A model generated the notes under the pieces. It did no database searches and was not told where the DNA came from. It saw nothing but the letters and a program-made list of their open reading frames with translations. DNA of 64,000 bases from Octopus sinensis (taxonomy: Eukaryota), in the NCBI RefSeq assembly GCF_006345805.1, contig NC_043012.1, positions 23,808,001 through 23,872,000 of the forward strand, written 5' to 3'. The stretch's first letter is position 1. Each line of letters begins with the position of its first letter. Positions 53,150-64,000 of this stretch are shown here, in pieces. A program made the position numbers and the translations under genes.

Positions 53150-53452
53150 TCACGTGATCACGTGACCGACCAGGCTATCAGATGTGGGTGTACATCGCTG
53201 GTCACAATGCGCTTCACCTTGTTTTAGCCATCAAATGACACCACCCCACTGGCTAAGCAAACAGGCCAACAGAAGAAAGAGTGAGAGAAAGTTGTGGCGA
53301 AAGAGTACAGCAGGGATCGCCACCACCCCCTGCTGGAGCCTCATGGAGCTTTAGGTGTTTTCACTCAATAAACACGCACAATGCCTGGTCTGGGAATCAA
53401 AACCGCGATCATATGACCGCGAATCCACTGCCCTAACCACTGGGTCATTGCT
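53150..53452 (-). mobile_element. SINE family C with tail type 3
   Basis: Head and body match 29719; tail ...gcttagccagtggggtgg...cattgtgaccagcgatgt...gatagcctggtcggtcacgtgatcacgtgat. Confidence 0.8.
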
Positions 53453-53682
53453 TAACTGTTACTGGTGCTGTGATCGAATGTGACTTTTTAGCCCAGCTAA
53501 AGATCTACAATGTCTTGTACAGAATTGGCATGTGGATTCAGGTTCAGTCCCGCAGCGTGGCATTTTGGTCAATTGTTTTCTAGTATAGTCCCAAGCTGAC
53601 CAATGCCTTCTGAGTGGATTTGGTTGGTAGACAGACACTGAAACTTTTCCATTGTGTGTATGTATGTGTGAGAAATCATCAT

Positions 53683-53911
53683 TTAAACCATTTTGCAATC
53701 AGATTACTCTATCAAATGTAATCCTTATTTATTCGCGTTGTTTCGAATTAATCCTGGATTATCCTGTAGCATTGAGATTTCAATGATGTGATTGTTTACT
53801 TTCAGAATAACAACATTAAGGCAGAGGTGCGAGAGGCAACATCTTGCCAATTTCAACATAAAACAGGCAGAATATTTGGGCCAGATACTGCTTTAAATGC
53901 TAAAGGGTTAA
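53683..53911. mobile_element. piggyBac-type MITE
   Basis: Ends ttaaaccattttgcaat / aatgctaaagggTTAA; homologous to 14950-15172. Confidence 0.65.
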
Positions 53912-55124
53912 ATACACACACACACACACACACATAGAGGTACTGTGAAGTGGGACTGAACCTGTAATCATTTGGCTACAGAACAAGCTTCTTGACCACA
54001 CGACCATGCCTACCAGCTATGATATTAACATATCTCATATTCATGCTTTCTCTGTGATGACTCCAGCCATAAAATAAAACAACAAGCATCCTATTGCTGC
54101 TGCTGTTGTTGTTGTTGTTGTTGTTTTAAATTATTATTTATTTATTTATTAAGGTATATTGTTTTCTAAATCTCACTCTTTTACTTGATGGAAATCCCCC
54201 TCCCCCCCCACCTTCCAAACTCTTTCTTGTTTGTTGATTTCATTTTGTGTTTCACCTTTGTAACAATCCCTAATGTATTGGAATCTCAGAGCCAATAAAA
54301 GAAATCACCACCACAACCATCATCATCATCATCATCATCACTAATAGCTTCCTTTTTTTTTTTTTTTTTTTTGTCTTTTGGTTTGTTCCACTCTCCACCT
54401 CCACAGAACAGCTTTTCATCCAGATTTCCAGGTTAGAATAAGGGGAATGTTTTTTTTTTGTTTTTTTTCTCTGATTCTCTCCCTGATTTTTGCTAATTTG
54501 GCATATTTGTATGCTGCTGGACCAATTATTTTCACAGTCGGATAACCCAACTTGGTTTTCCTAAAATATAAACGTGAGGAGTAGGAGGCGAGAGAGGAGT
54601 GGAAAGCTGGACAGATGGAAGGAGGGTGAAGAAAGAGAGATTCCACTGAGAAAGAATTGGTTAAAAATATTTGTTTGAAAACACAGAGGAATGTAACAGA
54701 TGTGACAGTAATGACCACAGTTGTGCTCCAGCATGGCCAAAACACAACAAGAGAATAAAAGATTGTTACACTCATGTGATATCAGTGATTTTGCTTTGTT
54801 TTTCTCTTTTTCTTGACCCCTACAATTCATAAGGCTGGTCACTCAGTGTCCATAGAGAAGAGGTGGCCAAGATCACAACATTCCTTCTGAATGGGGCATT
54901 GGACAGTAGCAGGATTTAAGGCCAGCAATTTTGGGACAACTCAATTACGCTGACCCCACGACTTGACCGGTACTTTATTTTATTGATCCCAAAGGGATGG
55001 AAAGCAAACTTGACCCCAGTGGATTTTGAGATAAAAGACAAATGATTCTGCCAGCAAGTTGATTAAGAACAAACACAGTGGGTGGAATGTAAATGCTATA
55101 CAACAGTTTTGTGTACATACATGA

Positions 55125-55173
<49 letters not shown>

Positions 55174-55269
55174 TGTGTGTGTATTTTAATATTCATAACA
55201 AGATAGAAATACATATCTAGATCATATTATGAATTGAGGGGATCATTGAGCAAAGGTCATATATATATA

Positions 55270-55559
55270 TTAATTGTTATCGCCATATTAATATGGCAGT
55301 CTTATAGATATAAGACTAAAAGCTGTCGCTGGTTAGCTCCATGAGGCCATCGCCTTAAGATAGTTTGTTCGAAGGTTATAATGGACACAGTTTGTGTGTC
55401 AAATAGCTATCTTAAGGCGATGGCCTCATGGAGCTAATCAGCGACAGCTTTTAGTCTTATATCTATAAGACTGCCATATTAATATGGCGATAACAATTAA
55501 TTTCCAGTAACGCTGCCGTAATCTCTTTTAGAGAGACTTAGTAATTTTAATATTTCTAT
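55270..55559. mobile_element. Foldback element in (TA)n with nested palindromes
   Basis: 94-bp inverted arms 55270-55363 and 55407-55500, a one-sided extension to 55559; internal palindromes gccatattaatatggc and agtcttata-ga-tataagact. Confidence 0.85.
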
Positions 55560-55593
<34 letters not shown>

Positions 55594-56319
55594 ATATATT
55601 TTAAATAAGGATAATATCGATATTTAAATATCGATTATTATCCTTATTTATAAATTTATATAATTCGTCACTATATTCACTGCGGTGTTTATTTTGACTG
55701 TATCGTGCTTATGAGGTGTTTGGCGGGCAATTTAACTGGCCTTGTACATACGTGCATATATATGTATGTATGGACATTTGTATGTGTAAGTATAACATTT
55801 GTTCTGCATATATATATTTGTATTTATGTGCTTTGATATATTCAACCGATGACGGCAAAGCTTATTTAAAGCAAAGCTAGAAATTCAGGTTCAACGTGAT
55901 TTTTAGAGTCAGAGATTTCACTGCTATTTCAGCATGGTGGTATCTCTCAGAAACCCTTATTTTTAGTTACACTGATTTGTTCTGCTTTTTATATTTAACC
56001 CTACAGTCTCTTGTGTGGTGGTAATAAAGTATGTGATTGAGTATTATCTGGTAATTGATATTTGATTTAGATGTATTTCTCCATTTTCTTATCTTGTATT
56101 AGTAATTTGTGGTAAATCATTTTACCTTTGCCCATATAATACAGTAAATGAATTGATTGCATCGCAATCATTGACATTTATGTATTAACTGTGTTGGGTA
56201 CTTCACTAGCAGTATATTGGATATACGTTATCCCATAGAGGGTTGCATTTGCAACCCCTATCTCAATTTGTATATATATATATATATACATATACACACA
56301 CATCTCTCCTCATCCATCC

Positions 56320-56425
56320 GTAGTACATGACCATACCAATGCAATCATCTCTCCTGCACGCTGCATCTGATGCTTCTAATGCCCAACATTTCTCTCAGGG
56401 CGCTTACAATCTGTTGTGCATGGAC
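56320..56425 (-). pseudogene. RTE RT C-terminal remnant
   Basis: VSALREMLGIRSIRCSVQER*LHWYGHVLR (RTE RL.W.GHV.R motif). Confidence 0.75.
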
Positions 56426-56462
<37 letters not shown>

Positions 56463-56465
<3 letters not shown>

Positions 56466-56670
56466 GAACGGGTACTGAAAAGTTCCTGGCTTTCAAGGTA
56501 TTGCAAAAGGCCCAGTTGGAGATCCAATCCTCAAAGTTCTTTTACAGGGCTTAGAAAAACAATAAATGAGTGAATCTGAGAGGGGAATATATTGAATAAA
56601 ATCATAGTTAACTGATCCACCTGTATGTTCTTTCATCCAAAGCCAAGAACTTTGCAGCAGCCCCTTTTTA
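56463..56670 (+). mobile_element. Mariner-derived MITE
   Basis: TIRs ggtactgaaaagttcctggctt / aagccaagaactttgcagcagcc; internal K*VNLRGEYIE* resembles a mariner transposase C-terminus. Confidence 0.75.
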
Positions 56671-56991
56671 TACAAACAAGGACTCCCCCATCATTTGATG
56701 ACAGATGAGGGTTTCTGCAATTTTTTTGTTAAACAACTGGCATAGATGATTTGTCTATAATGATCAAATATTTGTGCTCACTCTCATTAGGTCACCCTTC
56801 CATCAAATTGACATTACTTGAACAGGTGCACAGTGAGCCACGCATCAATTGTCGAAGTGATCAGAGAGTAATTGCTCAAGAACATGACAAACTGCTTGAT
56901 CCAGGAAGTGAAACCTCGATCTTGCAATTCTGAGGGCAACATCTTAACCCCCATACCACACAGCCTCCATATATGTACATATACACACATG

Positions 56992-57210
56992 TAATTCAAA
57001 ATGTGACCGCGTGTGTACTGTTGGCGATTTTTTTTCCTCCGTCTTCCCTTCTTTGGATCTTTCCTTTTCCTATGTTTCTGATGAAGAGCTCCGCTCAAAA
57101 CATTAAACCCTCTTTCTTTCCTTCTTTCCTGAGCGTCCAATAATACTATACTTGTTCCACGTCCTCGCATTGTTGTGTTTTCTCTTTGTGTTTTCATGTT
57201 TGGATTAACT
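56992..57210 (+). mobile_element. PLE-like 3' end with a decayed minimal HHR (57074-57108)
   Basis: GTTT-CTGATGA-a-GAGC-tcc-GCTC-AAAA-cat-t-AAAC (GAAA appears as AAAA); ends tttggattaact before a TA/CA repeat; second copy at 58893-59048. Confidence 0.65.
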
Positions 57211-57223
57211 TTATACACACATG

Positions 57224-57261
<38 letters not shown>

Positions 57262-57339
57262 CATATATACATGTGCATAGACGCATAAATATGCAAATAT
57301 ATACATATATATTTGTGAATATATGTGCATATGCAAGGT

Positions 57340-57374
<35 letters not shown>

Positions 57375-58657
57375 TGTAAGTTATGTATCTACATTGCCAT
57401 AATTTAAAAGTCCGTATACTGTTTTGGAATCTAATAGCCATTGTTGCTATTTCTAAATTTTAAGTAGGAGTCCAGGTCAACAAATAAACAAAGAAACAAC
57501 TAAATAAATAAACAGTAGTAGTAGGAGTAGTAGTTATGAGAGTGATAGTTGCAGTTGTGGTGATGGTGGTGATGGGGGGGGGTCATCTTCAGTTGACTGA
57601 TTAAATTTGTTTGTTTCTTTTTTTTTTTTTCCCTTCATTTTTACATGGATTAAATAATGAGGCATTGTATGAAATACAAGTGAGTTCAGGAAGCTAAAAT
57701 GGTTGGGATGGTAGGTTTCCTAAGAGCAAATTTGGAAATGCAAGGCAGAAGTAGTTCTAACTACCTTGTTTATATATACATCTGTACATTCATATATATA
57801 TATACACATATATACACAAACATTTTGTTTGTTTTATCTATTTATTCTACCAGCAGAAATAGGAAATGTTATAATTGTATGCTGATCAAAAGTAACGTGC
57901 ATGGCTGCATATTTGGCGATGCCATTCAGCCTATTCCACCAAAAGTTCACCGTTGTAAGGAGCAGCAGTAAGAGAAAGATTCTTGATCCATTAGTATCTC
58001 AAAAGATTAAAAAAAAAATAGTAAAAAAAAAAAGAAGAAAAAGGAAAAATAAAACTGGAATGGAAAGATAAAAGAAAAAAATAAATAAATTGCTCTTGTT
58101 GAGACATCTCTGATGCCAAATTACTGGAAGAATCTTTGTCAGAAAATGCATGTAATTCTTTATAGTTATTTGTGTTTATTAATGGTAACCAGCTTCCATA
58201 TCATTTCTATTGCAACAGAGGCCATGCACCGAATAAATGTGTGCTTCGTTTCTTGACCCGTCTTTGAGCACAGGTACAGCTTATTAATGAAGGTACATGG
58301 CTTAGCAGTGAAACAATTGGACTCACAACTGTAAGGTTGAGAGTTCGATTCCATGATTTGGTGATGCATTGTATTTTGGGGCAAAACACTTCATCCCATG
58401 TTGCTCCAGTCCATTTCAGCTGAAACTAAGTTGTGTCCACTACAGAAGTGGTGCCTCAAAGACTTTGACAAGAATCTTTCAAATGCCGCTTCCACCCATT
58501 CTTGACAGCTATGGCTAACTTGATGACATTAGTTATGTCTGCAAAGATTTACATGCTACCATTTTAGAGCTTTCTCTACTTTGTACTCCTTTGTTAAAAA
58601 TGAATTAGTTCATGCCTCTTGAAGTTTCTAAGTTCTTATGGCATGAATAATTCACAT

Positions 58658-58687
<30 letters not shown>

Positions 58688-58688
<1 letters not shown>

Positions 58689-58875
58689 AGTTCAGCAAAA
58701 TTTAGATTCAGATGAATATGGTACTTAAGTCAAAGGTACCAGAATTTTGTATGGTATTATCCATATAAATTCATGGGGTGATTATAATCAAGAATAAGCA
58801 ACAAGTATATCCGAGTAGCATGAAACAATTGTACCACATTACCTTGGATATACTTGTTGCTTATTCTTGATTATA
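58688..58875. mobile_element. Small foldback element in a TA repeat
   Basis: Inverted arms 58783-58815 and 58843-58875 with a one-sided extension to 58688. Confidence 0.7.
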
Positions 58876-58892
58876 TATATATATCATTGACA

Positions 58893-59048
58893 ATTTTCTT
58901 TCCCCGTCTTCCCTTCCTTGGACTTTTCCTTTTTTCTATATTTCAAATGAAGAGCTCTTTCCTTCTTTCCTGAGCATCCAATAACATTATACTTCTTCCA
59001 CGTCCTCGCGTTGTTGTGTTTTCTCTTTGTTCATGTTTGGATTAACTA
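58893..59048 (+). mobile_element. Second copy of the 56992 family with most of the HHR deleted
   Basis: ccgtcttcccttc...atgaagagctc[deletion]tttccttctttcctgagc...tttggattaact then (TA)n. Confidence 0.75.
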
Positions 59049-59189
59049 TATATATATATACACATACACACATTTTTGACATATACTTTTCTTATGTACA
59101 TCTGTATTGACTTTCCTTGTTGCTGATGCCATGCCCTATATAGGCACAAATGTAATTCTATTCCCAAATAAATTGAACTTCATATTCAA

Positions 59190-59270
59190 GGCTCTGATGA
59201 AGCTATAAAGTGTGATTCAGGCACTCAACTATGAGTCCACTGCACCTGAAAGCAGAAACAGCTGTAAGCT
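59190..59270 (+). ncRNA. Type I hammerhead candidate with palindromic stem III and a long stem II loop
   Basis: Stem I GGCU/AGCU; CUGAUGA 59194-59200; stem II a-GCU...AGC-a; GAAA 59255-59258; stem III ACAGCUGU; GUA triplet. Confidence 0.65.
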
Positions 59271-59328
59271 AATGAAGTTCATAAGATAAACATCTATTCC
59301 ATTGTCATTTCTCTTTATATATACTTTA

Positions 59329-59418
59329 TTTGTGGGTTAATCAGACTACCATTGGTTTCATGCAGTGACAGATATCTCTCTCAGCATGAAATCAATGGTA
59401 GTCTGATTAACACACAAA
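59329..59418. repeat. 35-bp inverted repeat downstream of the HHR
   Basis: gttaatcagactaccattggtttcatgc / gcatgaaatcaatggtagtctgattaac with a 20-nt spacer. Confidence 0.85.
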
Positions 59419-60009
59419 AATATATGTGTCCTTCTATACATGTGTGTGTTGGTTCATGCCCCTCTCTTGACAACTGGTACTGGTTTGTGGCCATCCCCAT
59501 AACTTGGTGTTTGACAGACTTTGAAAGGTAAACAGTAAGACAAGTTGTTCGAGTAAACTTTCCATGCTCCAGAATGGCCACAACCCAATGATGGAAACAT
59601 GTACAAGATAAACGATATAAAAAAAAAAATAGATAGTTGTAGCTTTACAGTGAGAAGTTTACTTCCCAATCATGTATTTCTGGGTTCAGCCCCACTGTGT
59701 GACATCTTGGGCAAGTGTCTTCTAGTGCAGCCCCACAAAGACCAAAGCCTTGTGAGTGGATTTGGTAGATGGACAAAAGCCTGTCATGTGTGTGTGTATG
59801 TGTGTGTGTCCCCGTCCATCCCCAACACTGCTTGGCATACACTGTTGGTTTGTTTACGTCCCTTTATATTAGTGGTTAGGCAAAAAAGATCAAAAGAATA
59901 AGTACCAGGTTTAAAAAAAAGAAAATGGAACTGGGGTTCTTCAAGGTGGTGTCCCAGCATGGCTGCAGTCACATGCAGCGTATAAAAGATAACAATACAT
60001 ATAGCTTAT

Positions 60010-60398
60010 GAACCACATGGTTCCGGGTTCAGTCCCACTGCGTGGCACTGAGGGCAAATGTCTTCTACTATAGCCTCGGGCCAACCAAAGCCTTGTGAGT
60101 GGATTTGGCAGGTGGAAACTGAAAAAAGACCATCGGATATATGTATATATGTATGCATGTGTGCGTATATGTTTGTGTGTTTGTGTGTCTGTGTTTGTCC
60201 TCCCAACATCGCTTGACAACCGATGCTGGTGTGTTTATGTCCCCGTAACTCCGTAACTTAGCGGCTCAGTAAAAGAGACCGATAGAATAAGTACTAGGCT
60301 TACAAAGAATAAGTCCTGGGGTCGATTTGCTCGACTAAAGGTGGTGCTCAAACATGGCCACAGTCAAATGACTGAAACAAGTAAAAGAGAGTAAAGAG
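60010..60398 (+). mobile_element. SINE family A (5'-truncated)
   Basis: Matches the 8955 copy from aaccacatggttccgggttc to the tail. Confidence 0.85.
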
Positions 60399-61016
60399 CC
60401 GTTTAAGAATAGAGAAAATCAGTTGCATTCTCTTTCCATTGAAATCTTGGCTATTTCTGTCTATTATGAAGTGTCAAGAAGTTTCATCGTACATCTATGT
60501 CCAGGCCACTGAACAGGTGTTGGGGAGTGACCAGTATAAGATAATGATAGGTAACCCGTATCAATTACATTGAGGACAAAGGAGTGAAATGGTGACACTT
60601 TGAAGATGGTATTTCATGGCAGCAGTAGCAGCAGCAGTAGTAGTAGTAGTAATCAGTAAAACCCGCATCTGCATTCATCCGTAAAAGCCTGAGAACAGCA
60701 ATTATACAGCCATTCAGCTGTGACATATAAAACACAGATGGGTTTAGCTATGATTAGGTGAGAGGGAGGATGGAGAGATAAAAAAAGGAGGGGGTGCAAA
60801 GGAGAGGAAGAAGAGGCTGATGGAGGGATGGTGAATGAGTGATAAATAGAGGGAAGACAGAGAGGGAGAAAGAGAGGAGAGTAAGAGTGGGGGGGGCTGA
60901 CCTGAAGAGAAGGTGAAGGGAGAAAGACTGAGAGAAGAAAGGGAGGCTGCTAATGAGACAGAAGGAGAGCAAATGTGAGGCAGGAAGAGGGAGTGAGGAG
61001 AGAAGGGGTGAGGATG

Positions 61017-61056
<40 letters not shown>

Positions 61057-61302
61057 GGGATCATGTTTGGCAAGAAAAATTGGGACAACCTCAGTACTTC
61101 TTTTCTCATACTATAAGGGATACATCATACAAACACAATCATATATACACATACACTCATACAAGCACACGAACTCGCAAAATAAGGGACGCAAGAAAAA
61201 AAATGAAATTCAATAAGGTGGGTGGGGTGGCAGGGGGAAGACAAGGTGGCCACTGGAATAAAGTCACTAATTAATTGGTATTATGGTTATAGCACTTCTA
61301 AC

Positions 61303-61334
<32 letters not shown>

Positions 61335-61612
61335 CTGACTATGGTGTTTATGAAAGCTAATGATGATGATGATGCTATGGTAATGATGAAGACAATGAGG
61401 AGATGGTGGTGATGATGATGATGATGATGATGATGGTGGTGATCGCAGCTGTACAATGTTGTGATGGTAATGGTGAAGGAAATTATGACAACGGTGATTA
61501 CAATATTAGTGATGGTGGTGAAGAGGTAGGTAGGAGGATGGTGGTGGTGGTGGTGGTGGCAGTGGTTGTGGCAGTGTCAATGATGGCACCAATAGAAAAG
61601 CTCTCTTCCTTT

Positions 61613-61757
61613 TATAAGGTTGCCCCAAAAGTTCGTAGAAAGTCTTGGAAAATAATGGTCTTTATTTTGAGGAAAAATATTTTTTGTTTTTGTTAGTACT
61701 TGGCGAGTAAAAATTCAATTTTCACAAGTGTTTACGAACTTTTGGGACAACCTAATA
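61613..61757. mobile_element. Tc1/mariner MITE
   Basis: TIRs tataaggttgccccaaaagttcgta / tacgaacttttgggacaacctaata with TA termini. Confidence 0.8.
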
Positions 61758-62109
61758 ATTGGTTCAGACAGAACCTTGATTTCCAAAGATTTATTTTTGT
61801 GGAACTTGTAGAGTCTGTTTGTGGGGTGCAGCGAAGAAGGAAAAGCAATGAAAACCTGCACAAAATATAATTTAATAATATCCATGAATTCTATTCCAAG
61901 CTTCTGCATATACACATACAGATGTGAAGCCTCATTGTAGTCAGTCAATCTGCTAGAAATAGCACACAAGTCTCCTTAAAATCACACTCTGTTATCTGTC
62001 AAAAAACATTCAAAAAAACAAAAAGGAAGGATATATTAGGAAATGTGCCTGAAGAACAGACAGGACAGTCACAACTGGAACATTTTGATCACAGATCTGA
62101 GGGCTGGTT

Positions 62110-62437
62110 ACATGGGGTGCTGGTGCCACGTAAAAAGTACCAATGCTGGCACTACGTAAAATGCACCTGAGCTGGTATCATGTAAAAAGCACCAGTGCTG
62201 GTACCACATGAAAAGCACCAGTGTTGGTGCCACATAAAAAAGTACTGGTGTTAGACCCATGTATAAAGTACTCTGTGCACTCTGTAAAGTGGTTGGTATT
62301 AGGAAGGGCATCCAACCATAAAATCGATGTTCAAACACACAACTGGAACCTGGTGCACCTCTTCAGCCTTGCCAGCTCCTGTCAAACCGTCCAACCCATG
62401 CCAGCATGGGAAACATTAAATGATGATGATGATGAAG
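62110..62437 (+). mobile_element. RTE-type LINE 3' end nested in an older repeat
   Basis: About 5 gtgctggtgccacgtaaaaagcacc units, then gtggttggtattaggaagggcatcc and (GAT)n; the flanks 61930-62100 and 62440-62485 together match 52150-52355. Confidence 0.72.
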
Positions 62438-63504
62438 ATTATGTCTGTATTGATCAGAGCTGATCTGGAGTTAGTAACAACAACCTGAAGAACTTTGATA
62501 TAAGGAAGCAAAGAGAAAAAAAAAAGATAAGCTAAATACAAGGATGAATTCCATGCGTCCTTTACCTCACAATTCTTTAATTCAAATTCTCAAATCTAAT
62601 CCCACCAAATATTATGAAGAGACGATTACTTCCCTTGTATTCACTGTCCACAAGGGGACAACACTATGCATTTGAAAAAAACAAACTTTACAAAAACGAA
62701 ACAAAAAAAGAGTTGTCAGCAACCAAGTGGAAAAGGTCACCTGAGAGCCTAAGATACAAACTTCTTGTTTTAAAAAGGTTTCCAGCAGAATTTCTTCTTG
62801 AATTATGTTCCAAACACTAGCATAATAATTCCAAAGTTAAGTTGCTAAATTCTTCAATGAAGACCGAATTGAAAATTAATTGAAACAAAGTTGGTGTATT
62901 TTAAGAGAAATATGGCAACAAAGGGTTAAAATTCTAGGTACACTTATCCATTATCAGTTGTAATAACGCACTCATCCAAAAATATGATGGCAAGATTGAT
63001 AATGGTGAGGATTACAAAAATAATAAACTTAAAGTGATAACCATCATGAATATCCATTTTTCCATACTTGGAAGGGAGATGCCGAGAAGATTTTCTGTAA
63101 CCAGATGCCCTTTTTATTGCTACACCAATTTCAAAGCAAACTGATATTTCCATATCCCAAGGGATGTTTTCATGGAAGACTAGAAGCAAACGACACCACC
63201 TGTACAACAGTGATGCTTATTTACAACAATTTACTCAATGCCAAAATCAAGGAAAACACACTCACACACACAATCATATATATATAATGGACCTCTTTCG
63301 GTTTCTGTCAACCAAATCCACTCACAAGGTATTGTTTGGCCTGGAGATATAGGAGATATTTGTCCCAAGTGACAAGCAGTGGGATTGAACTTGAAACTAA
63401 AGGGTTGCGAAGTAAGCTTCTTAACCACACAGCCATACATGCACCTATAATATCATATATATATATATATGTGTGTGTGTATGTATATATATATATATAT
63501 ATAT

Positions 63505-63864
63505 GCAGGAGTGACTGTGTGGTAAGTAGCTTGCTTACCAACCAGATGGTTACGGGTTCAGTCCCACTGCATGGCACCTTGGGCACGTGTCTTCTACTAT
63601 AGCCTCGGGCCGACCGAAGCTTTGTGAGATGGAAACTAAAAGAAGCCCATCGTATATGTGTGTGTTGTGTGTCTGTGTTTGCTTCCCCACTATCACTTGA
63701 CAACCAATGTTACTGTGTTTACATCCCTGTAACTTAGCAGTTCGGCAAAAGAGACCAATAGAATAAGTACTAGGCTTACAAAGAATAAGTCCTGGGGTTG
63801 ATTTGTTCAACTAAAGGCAGTGCTCCAGCATGACCGCAGTCAAATGACTGAAACAAATAAAAGA
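63505..63864 (+). mobile_element. SINE family A, full length; an inverted 5' part lies at 63290-63445
   Basis: Matches the 8955 copy. Confidence 0.85.
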
Positions 63865-63898
<34 letters not shown>

Positions 63899-64000
63899 AC
63901 AAACACATAGGTATTATATATGTAATTTACATACACACACACATATATAGGCAATATATATGTAGTATACATACACACATACACATCGATAATATACATA

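Noticed and set aside
55843-55905. CCGATGA-cggc...gcta-GAAA hammerhead-like relic
   Set aside because: The core is mutated and stems I and III are not convincing; a family consensus would be needed
62110-62260. Regular ~25-bp repeats resembling a CRISPR array
   Set aside because: Head-to-tail units without spacers, part of the RTE 3' UTR also seen at 14.5 kb and 34.0 kb
16-63999. Numerous ORFs rich in YI/HT/CV/ER/poly-X
   Set aside because: They are translations of (TA)n, (CA)n, (GA)n and triplet microsatellites, with no domain content or splice-supported exon

Overview
AT-rich, repeat-dense animal DNA with no host protein-coding exon that I can recognise, so it is probably a large intron or intergenic region. 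The repeat set suggests an octopus/cephalopod genome (inference): (TA)n/(CA)n/(GA)n/(TAT)n/(GAT)n microsatellites, several tRNA-headed SINE families, RTE-LINE 3' ends, and Tc1/mariner-, piggyBac- and hAT-type MITEs. Almost all listed ORFs are microsatellite translations. The main signal is a set of unrelated foldback elements, each sitting in (TA)n. In three of them a foldable type I hammerhead ribozyme (HHR) shows that the arms are joined head-to-head with both 3' ends pointing outward. One (26.2-27.9 kb) still carries a C-terminal GIY-YIG endonuclease fragment upstream of its HHR, which ties the group to Penelope-like elements (PLEs). Also notable: a U6 snRNA retrocopy fused to a retroposon 3' tail, a tRNA-headed SINE ending in an HHR relic, and a SINE head found with three different 3' tails. 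All folds, coordinates and family assignments were made by eye; no searches were run and edges of decayed repeats are approximate.
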